64,000 nucleotides of DNA, taken from the NCBI GenBank assembly GCA_002633005.1, contig NMRA01000195.1, positions 227,628-291,627 on the forward strand, given 5' to 3'. The translations under genes and the position numbers were made by a program. This DNA comes from Phoronis australis. Lineage: Eukaryota > Animalia > Phoronida. The notes beneath the pieces are model-generated. The model did not search any database. It worked only from the letters and a program-made list of their open reading frames with translations, and was not told where the DNA came from. This document shows, piece by piece, positions 48,901 through 61,690 of this stretch. How positions within the stretch are numbered: position 1 is the stretch's first letter; each line of letters begins with the position of its first letter.

Positions 48901-51900
48901 CAGTAGTCGGGTGCTGGTGCAAGTGATTACTAACGATATTCAAAACCTCAGGCACACATATATTGCAAAATTTGTTCTTTTGAAGACTAATTTACAGTTG
49001 AAACATATCGCTTATCAGGGCTTGGAATTTTCCGCGGAAACGCGGATTTCCGCTTTTTTCAAATGTGCTTTCCGCTTTTTTATAATATTTCCGCGTAAAA
49101 AAATCGGATTTGATATAAAATTTCCGCGGTAAATTCCTTTCTTACCGCGGCGTTGCAGACGACGTTCACCTCGAAAAGCGGAAGTTGCTCTTTATGTTCG
49201 GACGAACGTAAATTGTCAACATTGCCGGGGCATCTGGGATAGCGTGGTGTGATTTTCAATGGCGTCTCGTGTCATTGTTAAGCGCGGCGACAAATACTAC
49301 CGCTCTGCAGCCAAAAATGTGTGGGTTGGGAGTAGACGGGCGAGCTAATAGGACGCAGACGCATGCTACTGATGGTGGTAACGCTATTTTTTTTTTTTTT
49401 TTTTAGTCCACCCGATTTTTGTCGGGGAAAGGTTCATATTGACCAGTTCTAGGCTGGTTATCGGGCGATGATTTGGGCCGTAAAAGTTTCAAAGTTTCCG
49501 CGTTTTTTGTCATTGGTCATTCCAAGCCCTGGCTTATACCTCTGACAGCTGGTGTATCGGTTATTCACTGGCATTTGTGACGTTTGAATGAAATTACAGG
49601 TCTGGATGAAATCTGATATTGATGTAGCATCAATTGATGCCCTTTTCACGAATACCTATAGTTAAAATCTTACCAATACTTTGTGTCGGGTTGTACTACA
49701 ACTGTACCTCACTGTAGACACCACAAAAATTTGCGCTCGTCAGGTGCACCCTTTTGTAGCAAATCTGTCGGTGATCAACTTGGGAGTCTGAGTGGCATGT
49801 CCAATATGTATTGTACTATTTTTGACTTGCCACTCGCATTCAGTGTTATTTTTTTGTGAACATAAAAAAGTCCTTGACTATTTCTTAGTATTTTACTGAA
49901 TGGATGTTCATCTGCTATTACAAGACAGGTGCAGCCTCTAGAATTTCCTCCCGCCAATCAAAGAGAGAGCAGGTGATGCAGCGTAGGGCTTCAGCAGCAC
50001 TTAGTGGTGCTTTGTATCTAGTACACTCATCATTGTGCTCAAAGGGGATGGTAAGAGCACGTCGCTGAACTATGACAACCTCAATCACGATTCTCTTTGC
50101 ACAAGATTAGAATAAAATTCAACGGGCACAAGTCAGTGAACCACTCCCGACCTGTAAATTAATCTCTAAGGGAATAATATATCGTTTAAAATAAGTGCCA
50201 GAGCTTCAAAATGTACTATCATTTGACCAAACTAATGTTCAACAACAAAATACATTCACATACCAATTGGTAGTTCAAAAGAAACCAGTTACAAACAAAG
50301 CCACCCCATTGCAAGTACATGGGAAAGTGGCGACCGAAACAACCCACGCTATTAGCCATCCAGCCAGGAAAATGAATATGGAAGTCCCCATCGGTACTTA
50401 TCTTACTTAAGGCATTAGGAATTAAGTACTAAAAGTACAATGTTTACTTAAGTTTCAAATTGTATCTTTTCTTAAAGGCGTTGATCAACAAGCACACATT
50501 CACCTCACTTCCTGCCGCCTATCAACACAGATTGATGCAATTAGTACCTGAGTGTGACCGTATTGTCAGCACTGACGCAGTTGTACGGTAAGTCCAATCA
50601 GTTGATAGTGATTGACAAGGCGCATAAACAAGTGTCTCTCTGACTATGAACACCTTTGGACTATCAAGCATGGTTGTTCTTCCTCAGAATGCGTCAACCG
50701 GTTGTTGTTTGGGGGAACTGAATCACGCACAGTCGACATGGCTTTGTAAACATCTGACTGTGTCCACGTTGATATATTAACTACTCTTGAGTACTCTTGA
50801 CTGCCACACTGTCTGACTAGTTGGACAAATTGATGTTTTTATCCTGACATATTAAAATGTAATTCTTAAGCCACCCTAAAAATGTACATTGCATACATTT
50901 TTAAGTCTGGTGGGGTGCTGACCAAACTTAATAAAGTGTCTGCGAAATGCTGAACTTCATAAAACATGAGTGATTTGCACTTTTTTACAACAATGCTAGC
51001 ACAATCTGAATGTAACCACAAAGAGACTACATCAACAACTGCAGAAAGTATGAGTGTCTAGTGTAGTCCTCATCTTTTCCCCATCACAAGAGTTGTCTAC
51101 AGACCTGCGATACATTATATTTGATATCATTTATGTACTATAGTGTCACTGTTGTGACTTCAACACAAAGAGGTTTCGGACCTCCTTTTGCTCGCCTGAT
51201 TTGTTTTACAAGGTGTGATGTTTGCTTAGCATAAAACTATAGACCATTCCTTGGATGGTATTACTCTCGAGTTCCAAATAGCCTTGTTCTATTCTTTGGT
51301 CCAAAGTACTAGAAGTTCAAAGTCAAATCGGGAGTGTAGGATTGAAATTACGTGTACATGGGTGCTTAACTCAAACCAGGTGGTGGCCCAGGACAAACTA
51401 TTGAAGTCTAAGTTTAACGGTCCAAAGTTCAATGGATTTGTTGTTGGGCTAGTTGATGAAGGGAAAGTCAAATATCTGCACACTCTGATACGTGCATTCG
51501 AGTAACTAAGTACGCAACTTGAAATTGAAGAAAATACATGATGAAAAACTATCCGTCAAAATTCTAGGACTGTCCTGCTGTCTCAATTTCATCAAAGTTA
51601 TTAAAAATAGAAAGCTGGACTAATCAAAAGGTGCACACTCCCTCCTTTTGCTTTGCTCTTCAAATTTTCTACTCAAAACGTCTGAAAATCTTCCAGTCCA
51701 GAAAACTTCCATGAGGTGATGTATGCCATGGTCGAAAGACGTGTTAATGTATGGGAATCGTGCAGAGCAACTTCTACAAAAAATCTTGTGTCTAATGTGG
51801 GTTACATAATACCTAGTTTTGCACGAAATAAAAAGCCTTGAAATACTTAGGCTTTGTGCGTAATTCCGTTGTTGGGTGATTCGCCTTTGCTTCCTGGGCA

Positions 51901-54900
51901 CTGATTACGTGCCATTTATATATGGAAAAATTAACAGGTCAGCCACAAAATGTCATTTGATCCTGACATTTGCTTGCTTGGCACTGAATACGCGCCATAT
52001 TTTGCAACAATATTCATGATTACAACCGTCTGTTTTTCGAAAATTTATGAAATCTTTCTACAAAATTCACTTTTCAATAAACAGTGTCTCAGATGAGTCA
52101 TTTTAGGTTAAGTGGGGAAATATCTGACCTCCGATACAAAAACTTAGCGAGGAGATATCAATAATTTGACATTTATTTTGGATTTAAAACAAAAAAATGA
52201 ATTTCTACTGAGTGATTTTTCTCTTAAATTAATAATTAAACCCATCCTGAATATGACAGAATTTGTCAGTCTGCACTATTATTCCATTCTATACAATTGT
52301 AAAGTTTTATGCAAATTTCCAGTCTATACTAATACTGCGGTCTATTATATCATTAAATTTTCTTAAAATTTCCAGTCTCTACTGTTATTTGGAAATCTAT
52401 GGTAGTAGTTGAAACTTAGTAGTAGTAGTTGGAACTCAAGCCCTGCTGATCGGGGGAGATGGGCGGCGAGTTGCACTGTATGTTAATGTTAGCCTTTCTG
52501 TTTGGATTAGTTGACACAAATACATGTTGTGTTTTCAGTCTGGTCAGTTCTACATTCACAAACGAGTTCTTCAATCGCAGCTGTTCACAGTGGCAGCAAA
52601 GGTTGTCTGAAGGTATGCCATTGTGTCTTGTACACTTGTTGTATTGAGCTTAACTTTAATAGATATAACCCAGACTAATTTGTTGTTATTACAGTTCTCT
52701 AGCTTACTTATGGTGATCTTCGTGAGGCACTTGTGCATTTTGTTGATCAATTTGCCACAAAACTTCAACATTCACCATCATACAAAGCTTGTGATTTCAT
52801 AAACTTTCAAAACATCTGGTGTTACCTTGTACTGCACCCTCAATTTAAAGTTTGATTGAAATCCAAATTAGACGAACTTCAGAACATCATATCTCAGAAG
52901 TGGCTGGCAGAATGGATTCACTGTTAGGGATTGTTTTTCAAGTGTTCCACTTTTGCATGAGGTCTATTAAAAATAGGACTGACGATATTCATGAGTTTTT
53001 CAAAGTTGCATCTAACAAACAAATTGATACTTTAATATTTATATCAAATAAAATTGGATCATGTTATTGATACCGTCGTTTTGCTATCAATTTTCGTTTT
53101 TGCTAAATTGTCGTAAAGAGACATAGTCTCGTGACCCAATTAATAATAGATAGGTGAAAAGTCAAAATACAAATTCTACAGGCTTTCTACTTTCAGAAAA
53201 TGGTTTTACTGATTAGTTAAAAATCTCTAGTCAATATAAATATTTAGTTAATTACACTGACCTGTCAATCAGTTCCTACATAACATGAACTTCAAATGCC
53301 AGGTAAAAATATCTCATCTGTAAATTTGGCAACGACAGCTGTTCAATTGTTCTGTTTCAAAGGGAAGTGTCCTATCAGTTTATAATGTGATGAAACTTCA
53401 AATGGTACTACCCTGTAGGTAATTATCACATACTGCCACACTCACCAAGAAATTCATGTGACCTGTTGCTGCAAAACAAATTTTCAAGTCATGACAGGCC
53501 GGTGTGTGGTGTAGACCTGTGTTGATGCAGACCCTGTTCATTTGTGTTCACTAGGTGAATTTACTTCTGAAAATCAACAGAAGATCAAGGCAGAAATTGA
53601 GAAGGAACAGGCCAAGTTGGATCCATGGAAAACAAAACATTTTGAAGCTGCCTGGGGCCAGAAGTAAGTGACTATCACTTGGAAACTGGAAGGTGATGAT
53701 TAAGGCTTTCATAAACTTAATTTATATATAACTTTGCATTTCAGTTAGAACTTACGCCATCATCCGTGTTTACATGATAGGATATTGCTGTTGCCTTTGT
53801 TTTACGTTGATCTATGCGCTGACTGAGACGCCATGTTGTCAAGCCATTGATTTGCGAGCAGGTTTAATCGCTGCAGCACCCCCTAATAGCCATTTTGGTT
53901 GTGACTTGGCTTTTTCTGTACTTTCGGAGAGAATGTCTACAGAACTGATGTACCGATTTTAATGAATCTGGATATAGAGGTATTTCAGTGGTAGGAATCC
54001 ACTGGCACCATTCAATTTTCAGAATGTTTCAACCACTGCAGCAGCCTCTAGTTGCCATTGTGGTTCTCAGCGAGAGGTGTTTCACTCTCTTTTGAAGCAA
54101 GAGCATTTCCGGTTGATGGATTTCATTGAAACTTGACATGGGTGTATGTGACAGCAATGTGCTGGGACCAGTCAATTTACAGCATCCCTTGTTTGGCCAT
54201 TTTGTCTGGTTGTCCTGTCGTCTGCTCGATATCCCAAATAGCCCCGACCGTATTTTGATGAAATTTGGCTCAAGGGTGGCGAGCATTACTTGGGCAATGC
54301 ATGCTATTTTTCAATCTGCACCTGCTCAGGGCCAGATCCGTGGCTTTTCAGTATTTTTGGGAAAGAGCATTTCCAGATGATATCTGAAGAACTTATTGAC
54401 AGATTTCAATGAAAATTAACAGTCACATGGATATGTGTTGACAATGCTTCGTCATAAGTGGATTTTCAGGCAAATTCGACCTCTGTACCACCCCGTAGTG
54501 GTCATTTTGGTCTTGTCAAGGGGCTTTTTCAGTATTTCAATAAGATTTCGAGACGGAGGTATGTTACAGCAAAGCACTGGTATCAATTGATCTGTGGTGA
54601 GATTTGTCAACTGCAGCTTCCCCCAGTGGCCATTTCATTTTGCAGACGATGACAGCTACTGGTTTTGTGCAGATTTGTCATTTTGTGCCCTCTTTGTACC
54701 TGCCATACCGCATGATTGTTTTTGTATGAAAGAAGTAGATTAGATCTGTTAATTTTTAGTTTCTTATGCTGTGTACTTTTGTGGCGTGTTTTATTTTTTG
54801 TTGTGATGTTGAAAAGTGATCATTTATAAAACTTTTTGATTTGATATTAGTTTTAAAAGGTGAGGTACCAACACTTTTTCTGAGAAACATACGGTTTGCT

Positions 54901-57571
54901 GTACACTGTGAGCGCATATCAATTTTGATTTTTTTAATATCTAACAGGTAACTGTTGAAACAGATTGATACGAACTAAGTGGGGAATAATTGCTTGAATA
55001 TTTCCGCATGAGATTGAAACACTCAGAAGGTAGTGGTGGCAAACTTATGTGTCATTTACCCATTTCAAACAGCATCCAGGGTGTTTATTAATGAAACACT
55101 TAGTGACAGAAAATTGTACGGATGATCAGCACTGCCAAACTTTGGCCGCTTTAATTCAATAGCAGGTTATCTGTAGGTTTCGAATGAATGTTAAATTTGA
55201 TGTTATCGTGTTGCATTAATTTTTGTCCAGGTTTATTGGCTTAATTTCTTGATTGAATTGCCGTCTTGAATTTATCTCTTAGTACTTTTTGTGCTACCAC
55301 TACTACTGATAAACAACCCAGACAATCCTGACCATGTAGTAAAACTCAGTCTTGTTTTTCAGAACAATTAATCAACCTATTGTGAACATTGCCATGCCGA
55401 CATCTGTCATCACCCCAACAACAGTTTCCAAGCCTGTGGCTAGTGCCTCCACTAAAATTGGTGCAAAAGTGAAGTCTCCTTTGGTGAAGAAAGCCAAGCT
55501 AGTGTCCACCATGCTCAAACAAAAGTCCATCACAACGAGTTTAGCTGCCGCTAAGTCATCAGGTGTAATGGTGACAACTCCTGACACGGGAAGTTCTGCG
55601 AGTCCAGCTGACCTTACGAGGGAGGCTGTGAACAGACTTATCATGAGAACCACAGGAGTGTCGCCGAAAAACGATTCACCTGGCATACCAAACACATCTG
55701 TAGCCAAAAATGTGAACTTGTTGGAACATTTGAAACGTCCACTGGTTGTGGACACAAGTGATGCCATCGTTGTGGCTAAACGTCCAAAGATGTCGCCGGT
55801 GAAATCTGCTGGTCACGCCACAAAAACGTTGGCCCAGATCAAAGCTCAGACTCAGGCAGCCAAGCTACACAAACAGGCTGGCCTCAGCCCGCCCGGTGTG
55901 CAGCGCCACTTCCCTTCGATACTGGCACGTACGCAGTCAGCCACAAGGACCCTAGCACAGATTAAACTGCAGACAGCTGAGCGTCGACAGCTGACTCTGC
56001 TGTCGTCAGCTCAGACAAAACTGACTGGTATGATAGGCAAGACGGGTCAGACTAAGACTCTGGCTCAGATCAAAGCACAGAATAAGGCACGTGTACAGGC
56101 AAGGGTGAGCCCGGTGATGACTTTGGTAGGTCAGCAGCCTGCACAAGTCATTGTCCCATCCCAGGTGCGACCCAAGACCGTAGTGTCATCGAAACCGCCA
56201 GCAAAACCAACCACTATAATTGCGGTGTCGAAGCCCAGTATGATTGTTCCATCCAAGTTACAGCCCGGTGTTAACATGCAGAGGTCGTATGAAATTTGTC
56301 AGAAAGTCCTGGAGCAGAGTCAAAGTACAGGAATGATTTCACTGTTGAAGAAAGACAATGCTACACCCACCGTGCCTGTGTCTACTAGTGCAATGGTAAC
56401 CAGTATTCTTAGTTCACCAATGGCCACCACTAGTGGTACTTCTGTGCAAAGTGGTGTGCCGGATAACAAAACCAACGTAAAGCCCAACTATGTGGTGGTT
56501 ACCTTGAGTAATTCAGATAACCACGGCAACATCAGGACAGTCACGCCAGCATTGAGCACTAGTAAGACGGTTGGTCAAGGACTCGCCACACCTGCAGTGT
56601 CTGACATGATGGGACTATCTACTGGTACCTTCAAAGGTATTAAGGTTGTCTCCCCTGCAGCGTCATGCAGTTCACCAGCCGTATCTGTATCAAGCACGTG
56701 TGAGAGTATTGCGAGCTCTAAAGACAGTTTAGAAACAATGGTGTCGACTCCAACACTGAAACTTGCGACCAAACATAAAGCAAAACAGTTGAAGATTGGA
56801 AGCCATTTCTTGTTGTCTATCAGTGACAGGAACAACGTACACGCAGTTAAAATGTTGCGTCGCAGGAAAGCGGTGATACCAGCCAATAAACTGAAGGAGT
56901 TAGCAAAAATCTTGGAGAGTAAAAAGAAAACGGACAATATGCACACAGTGTGCTCTGTGAGTGCACTGTCTAGTGCCCCATCTGTTTCCCAAACAGTAGC
57001 CATCTCAAACACGACAGTTTCGACAGCAGTGGTCACTACAATGACATCAGCTAATGTACAAGAGAATGTTGTAAAAACCTGCCCCAGTGTGGTGTCTGTG
57101 AGTGGTGTAGCTGTGCAATCCCCTAATGGCCTTGTGAGTAGGTCAAGTCCATCTCTAATGCAATGTGTTCCTAAAACTGTTAGCCAACTGCCTATTGTAA
57201 GTGACATTCAAATGTTGAAGTCCTTAGACAGACTTCAAAAAGCCACGTTTAGCAATACAAGCGTCGTGAAAACCAATGGCACAACATATGTCATTACAAA
57301 TCCACCAGGGGGCGTTGTTCCGCCAGCATCCACCATTCGTGTGATGTCCCCGCAGGGAATCTCACCACCTGGGGTTCTTCACACTGCTCGTTTTACATCG
57401 GTGCCCATCGGAGCAACCCCACAAGTGATGGTGTCCGGTCAGGTCAACCAGCCGTCTAGTTGTGCATGTAGCCTAAAGGCACTGGTCATGTGCCAGAAAT
57501 GTGGTGCCTTCTGCCATCATGACTGTATTGGACCATCCAAACTATGTGTCACATGTCTAATAACGACATGA
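33926..57571 (+). CDS. ASXL: Additional sex combs-like (ASXL/Asx) Polycomb-group protein, 11 coding exons, ~1147 aa (single-copy model)
   Basis: Exons 33926-34000, 38868-38950, 39613-39721, 40956-41088, 42202-42441, 43481-43668, 44643-44756 (exons 4-7 repeated at 45742-45874, 46784-47023, 47251-47438, 48420-48533), 50478-50587, 52539-52612, 53555-53663, 55363-57571. HARE-HTH ([42 protein letters not shown]), DEUBAD ([64 protein letters not shown]) and terminal PHD ([33 protein letters not shown]). Confidence 0.95.
34084..36695. mobile_element. ~2.6-kb hAT-like non-autonomous element in ASXL intron 1, with nested insertions
   Basis: 11-bp TIR CAGGGCTCGAC / GTCGAGCCCTG; subterminal TGCGACC/TGCGAGC repeats at both ends; TSD not cleanly preserved; no transposase ORF. 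Confidence 0.75.
34746..35246 (+). mobile_element. ~500-bp MITE nested in the 34084-36695 element; second copy at 49016-49531
   Basis: TIR CA(A/G)GGCTTGGAAT / ATTCCAAGCCCTG; flanks ATTCAC / GTTCAC (6 bp, one mismatch); collinear with 49016-49531. Confidence 0.85.
38200..38760 (+). mobile_element. Decayed Penelope-like retroelement fragment (GIY-YIG region with an inverted 5' piece)
   Basis: Plus ~38370-38610 reads, through stops and frameshifts, [28 protein letters not shown]...AVGNH...[20 protein letters not shown]; minus ~38330-38205 reads [25 protein letters not shown] (the Penelope linker preceding GIY-YIG); CTGAAGA..GAAA remnant at 38725-38742. Confidence 0.7.
39768..39882. repeat. ~40-bp minisatellite x3 just after the ASXL exon-3 donor
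   Basis: TGGCTTGTGTCTGC..TA.TTGT.CAG.TTAACATTGCTTG repeated. Confidence 0.85.
40692..40823. repeat. Purine-rich (GA/GGA) low-complexity tract
   Basis: Nearly pure G/A run; the equivalent tract in the second copy abuts the gap at 45581. Confidence 0.85.
41118..41680. repeat. 75-bp minisatellite (~4.2 copies) followed by a ~19-20-bp minisatellite, after the ASXL exon-4 donor
   Basis: GTCAGTTGTTGGTCAGTGTGTCG.TAGAAGTG.AGTGTGTTTGTGGAAGCATGGTGTGTTGATTGGGAACCAGTGT units, then GGA(A/G)CTYGGTCTGT... units; fewer copies in the duplicate at ~45905-46270. Confidence 0.85.
42446..43254 (+). mobile_element. 809-bp PIF/Harbinger-type MITE with TAA TSD, inserted in the ASXL exon-5 splice donor
   Basis: TAA(42443-45)|GGGCTGTTCCAGCAAAATCTGTATGGGAGGGGGG ... 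CCCCCCTCCCACACGGATTTTACTGGAACAGCCC|TAA(43255-57); the empty site AAG|GTAAGTCAAAG is visible in the duplicate at 47021-47034. Confidence 0.92.
45582..48768 (+). other. Second copy of ASXL exons 4-7 and their introns (duplicate of ~40800-44994); probably an uncollapsed haplotype
   Basis: Collinear high-identity duplicate separated by the N-gap 44995-45581; copy 1 stops at CAAGATTCTGACAA, where copy 2 continues into unique sequence. Confidence 0.85.
49016..49531 (+). mobile_element. ~516-bp MITE with a perfect 6-bp TSD (GCTTAT), hAT-like termini
   Basis: GCTTAT|CAGGGCTTGGAAT ... ATTCCAAGCCCTG|GCTTAT. Confidence 0.9.
53750..54750 (+). mobile_element. Old interspersed repeat with internal ~140-160-bp periodicity (Helentron/HINE-like)
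   Basis: Recurrent GATTT(T/C)A(A/T)TGAA(A/T).T.G motifs at ~53955, 54119, 54252, 54402, with recurring AGCATTTCC and GGCCATTTT-like blocks; family assignment is inference. Confidence 0.45.
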
Positions 57572-57744
57572 CCATGAGGTTGTGTATGCAACTGTGTCAT
57601 CACTGTTTGATTTTGCCAACTTGATGTCTCCTATGGGCTGGCTATCCATGATTTAATCATAAAATTATGCTACATGAATGTATTGCCAACTAAAATGGAC
57701 AAATTGAAGTAATCCATCTGTTATTGTTGCTAATTCGTATCTGT

Positions 57745-57750
57745 AATAAA
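57745..57750 (+). terminator. Candidate ASXL polyadenylation signal
   Basis: First AATAAA after the stop codon (174 bp downstream), followed by T-rich sequence. Confidence 0.45.
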
Positions 57751-58094
57751 TTGAATTTTTGATGCATTTTATCCATTGCCAGACTTGCAGAAACGGTGAT
57801 ACGTGAAGTCGTGATAGTTTTAGATTTTGCCTAACAATTGCTAATTTTGGTTTTTGTTATTCAGGATAAAAGTATTTTGGCCTGATTTTCACATCAGTTA
57901 TCAAAACAACTTTAAAAGGACACCAAGCTCGGTTTTGATTTGTTAATTGATGTGAGCGACTACTTTCCCATCCTGCTGGTTATAGCAAAGTAATGTTCTG
58001 TAACCCTCGTGGACCTTAAAACATTTGGAGCGAATTTCAAAACGCCTAAAAGGTAAGAAGTTGAAAACAAAACCGACGCTAGTGTGCAGCATGA

Positions 58095-58530
58095 AAACGA
58101 CGTTTCGACACAAACTAAATATTATCCTTAGGTACACACGAAATTTCGTAAAAGAATGTTCACGTCACAATGCGTGGTACAACGTATGTCGACTCTATAA
58201 ACTACCACAATTCCAGTCTATGCTCCAAAATTCTTTAATAGAGTGACCTCTTGGCATGCGGGGCCTGTGTGTGAGTAGCCTCACGGATTAAGAGTTTGAC
58301 ACGGTTATTGTCATGACCAAGAGTCTTTACCTCAGTCGGTAAACCTTGTAGTGTGGTCAGTGTTGACAGAAATAGCGCACAGGGCGTTGTTAACAATTTT
58401 CGTGTGTTCAGCCAGTCTAAGATGCAAAATTCGAGTGTTCTTGCCAACGTAAAACTTAAAGCAATCCTTACAGATTTCCTGATAAACCGCATTATTACTC
58501 TGCTCAAAGTTACATGTAAGCTTGGACACA
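58095..58530 (-). mobile_element. Decayed Penelope-like GIY-YIG fragment with a hammerhead remnant
   Basis: Minus frames read NAVYQEICKDCFKFYVGKNTRILHLRLAEH and EVKTLGHDNNRVKLLIREA; downstream CTAAGGA...GTCGAAACGTC at ~58131-58098. Confidence 0.7.
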
Positions 58531-58843
58531 AATTCTAGTCTGTGAATGCATGCCCGTGGCTTAAAAACTGCATGAAGTTAACAGCAGTCTGTCATGCTAT
58601 CGGTTTGAAGTGGCAGATGGCGACCCAATGAATAGTAAGTCAATGTAAACATTCTCTTGTTCAGGACCATACAATGATATTAGACTGTGTAACTTGTGCA
58701 AAAACTTGTGGATACAGGAGTCAACACAATGTTACTGGGACCACCAGTGCCAATGCCCAAGCAACAGAAACCGAACTTAAGATACTAAGTCGAGTTCAGA
58801 ATCGAACAGTGCATAGCAACTACGAAATTCTCAGGATCTATAC

Positions 58844-58989
58844 CATGGGCGGCGCACCATAGAGGGCTGGGGGGCTATAGCCCCCACTTTTTTCAGTGCT
58901 ACGCCGCATGCGGTCTATAGGCGGTGCACCACAGGGGGGGCTGAGGGGGCTATAGCTCCCCCACTTTTTTCAGTGCTGCGTCGCCCATG
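58844..58989. mobile_element. Tandem pair of ~70-bp GC-rich MITE units
   Basis: Outer TIR CATGGGCG.CGC / GCGTCGCCCATG; the internal GGGGCTATAGC.CCCCACTTTTTTCAGTGCT occurs twice. Confidence 0.65.
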
Positions 58990-59214
58990 TGTACATGTTG
59001 ACCAAGCCTGTTGGATGCCTCTGAGGTACGCAACTGACACACCCCAAGTACAGTTCTAAGAAAGTATACATGTAGGAATTCCGAAGTCCAGCTCAAGGTA
59101 ATCAAGCGTTTGTGGGGAACATTAATACAAAAATTCGTTGTGCATCGAAAAACGGTAGGTTCCATCTGACTTCGTTTACCGTGATCTGAAAACTTACAAA
59201 CCCTCTTAATCTTC

Positions 59215-59590
59215 ACGTAAAAGAGTACCAATGAAACCAAGTCTTGGCCTATTGACAGATACTAAAAACGACGTTTCCATCCAATTCTCTGACTGAAACA
59301 AAATAATGCTCTCAGTCTGTAACCCTCAACTACCCCAGTCAAAGGTTTGGAGAAACTTCGAAAACTCCTTTTAAAGTCTGCCGGGGCAGTCATGTCTTAC
59401 ACTTTAGTGAATTGCAAGGCAGCTGTGAGGAAAGACCACTCATTAGAGCCATAATGTCCAATCTGTGACAAAGAGATGCGTGTTTTCCGATTCCTGATTT
59501 TATTCAAGATTGACGCCAGACTGCACCAGCAGGTGACAGAACGCCGATTGGTTTGAATCATCAAGGCAGGATTTAGAATCCTTTTAAGGT
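59215..59590 (+). mobile_element. Diverged partial copy of the 6425-7060 fold-back family
   Basis: Shares GGCCTATTGAC.GAT..TAAAAA.GAC.TT.CCA.CCA.TTCTCTGA, CTGAAACAAAATAATGCTC, ATTGACGCCA and TTTAGAATCCTTT in the same order. Confidence 0.65.
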
Positions 59591-60602
59591 AAAGATTGAT
59601 TAAGTGACACTCATTAAAGTTCCAAGTTGATGCATACGTCATCTTGAGATCAGTTATGATTTCATTTCAAGAACAGCACTGACTAGCCAATCAGACAGTG
59701 AATTAGAGGATTATAGTTTATTTTGAAGTGTACAACCTCGAAGACTTAAGACGGAAGGAAATGAACAGAAGACGCGCACGCGGCGATTGACTAGGACGCC
59801 AGAGCATCCACAGTGTCGCAAAGTTTACGGGATCGCCCCCAAATAGTTTAATTTATTCCAAAATATGGATTGCACAGTCTTGTCTATTTATTTGGTACAT
59901 CCACGATGAGCTCCCATTGGACATATCATTATATCAGGAAGACATTATTAGGTAGGGACAACGCCGCGTTTAATGGACGTGTTTTAAAATTGTTGTTCAA
60001 GTTGCCAGCAATCCAAGCGCAGTGATTAAATGTTGACGACATACAAAATAACACCAAGTCGGTACCTGAAGATCGCAAATCAGAGGCGCTGTGGTGCATT
60101 GAATATAGTGGTCGGTTTACCCCTGCACGAGAAACCCGGTTCGACAGACGTTTACTGTAGCCCGGCTTCTATGTCGGGTGTTGTTTTTACAGATACCTCT
60201 ACTACACTGGTCCCCAAGACTGGAGTTGGGCCACCGTATGTGCAACATTTTTGGGGCATGAGTGGGACGCGGTTTCGTAGATTGCATGTCGGTACTCGCT
60301 GGTATGGGTTGAAATTGTGTCCACCCGCGTGGGTATAGTGCTGCTATCAGTCAAATCGTAGAGAAATCGCTCCATCAAACACTAGTGCGACTCCGTGTGA
60401 TCGGTGTTTCAAGTGACACAATCCGCGAGAAGTGTTTTTAGATCAGCCCTAACAGTCTCGCTTCCAGCCTCTACGATTAGCGTTATATTCTGGTGAACAA
60501 CTCTGTCACCTAGTTTTTAATGAAGGATGTGAACTTCCTATGTAAACGTGGGTCTGTGCTTAGAATGAATCGAGTAAACATATCTTAGGGACGAATGATT
60601 CA

Positions 60603-61295
60603 ATTAGCCTATGTGTATCACGGGAACGTTGGAAAGTTACCTAGAATTTCTGAAATCCGCGTCCGTTTCTTGGCTAAACAAGAAAGCCCTACTCGGGCCG
60701 AGACAAATTCGATTAATAAGATGTGTCTATCAGAGAAATGTACTGGGCCAGGATCGAGTGAGTGTGATTGAAAACTTGCTAAACAATCTCGCTCCCAGTA
60801 CTGGTAGATCTCGGATGCCGTAAGGGCAAGGCCGTTCACAAATTCCGAAAGAAAACTGACTGTGCAGCAACTAGAAAAAGGCGTGCCTTTGACGTTTTTT
60901 GGTCGTGTCCCTGCGGGAGATGAGGCGACACGCTTCGCAACAATAACCAANATTAGCCTATGTGTATCACGGGAACGTTGGAAAGTTACCTAGAATTTCT
61001 GAAATCCGCGTCCGTTTCTTGGCTAAACAAGAAAGCCCTACTCGGGCCGAGACAAATTCGATTAATAAGATGTGTCTATCAGAGAAATGTACTGGGCCAG
61101 GAGTGAGTGTGATTGAAAACTTGCTAAACAATCTCGCTCCCAGTACTGGTAGATCTCGGATGCCGTAAGGGCAAGGCCGTTCACAAATTCCGAAAGAAAA
61201 CTGACTGTGCAGCAACTAGAAAAAGGCGTGCCTTAGACGTTTTTTGGTCGTGTCCCTGCGGGAGATGAGGCGACACGCTTCGCAACAATAACCAA
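60603..61295. repeat. ~345-bp direct duplication joined by a single N (likely contig-overlap artefact)
   Basis: 60603-60950 versus 60952-61295 differ by one 4-bp indel and one substitution; N at 60951. Confidence 0.85.
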
Positions 61296-61524
61296 ATTTT
61301 GATTTGGCCCATTTACCGTTATGATTATGAAGTTGGTCCCAAAATTTTCGTTACTCAAAGTAGATGTAACTTCGGGACTTGAAAAAAATAAGTTCGTTTG
61401 CTTGAGATTACGTTTGTCATGGTGAGCAATAACGAACTGTCAGTTTGCAAGATCAAAATCACCCAACTCAGCCCAGTAAGGGCGGAACTCGGGTTTAGTG
61501 CAGCTTTTTATAAAAACACTAGTG

Positions 61525-61530
61525 TTTATT
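61525..61530 (-). terminator. Candidate polyadenylation signal of the protease gene
   Basis: AATAAA on the minus strand ~160 bp after the stop at 61691. Confidence 0.45.
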
Positions 61531-61690
61531 AAAAGGTTAAATCTAACATATCTCAGTGATATGTTCATCGGGCTCTGTTTCGGGATAAACAAACAGAGTG
61601 GCCGTGTTTTGAAACTGACTGTTTATGAAGTAGGTATTCCGCAGTCCGTCGCCGTGATATCTTAAATAGGGTTAATTGGCATTAGGACTA

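Noticed and set aside
55372-57207. 131- and 210-aa minus-strand ORFs
   Set aside because: Antisense shadows of the ASXL terminal exon.
60603-61295. Direct repeats suggesting LTRs or a real tandem duplication
   Set aside because: Joined by a single N with no internal region; typical unmerged contig overlap.
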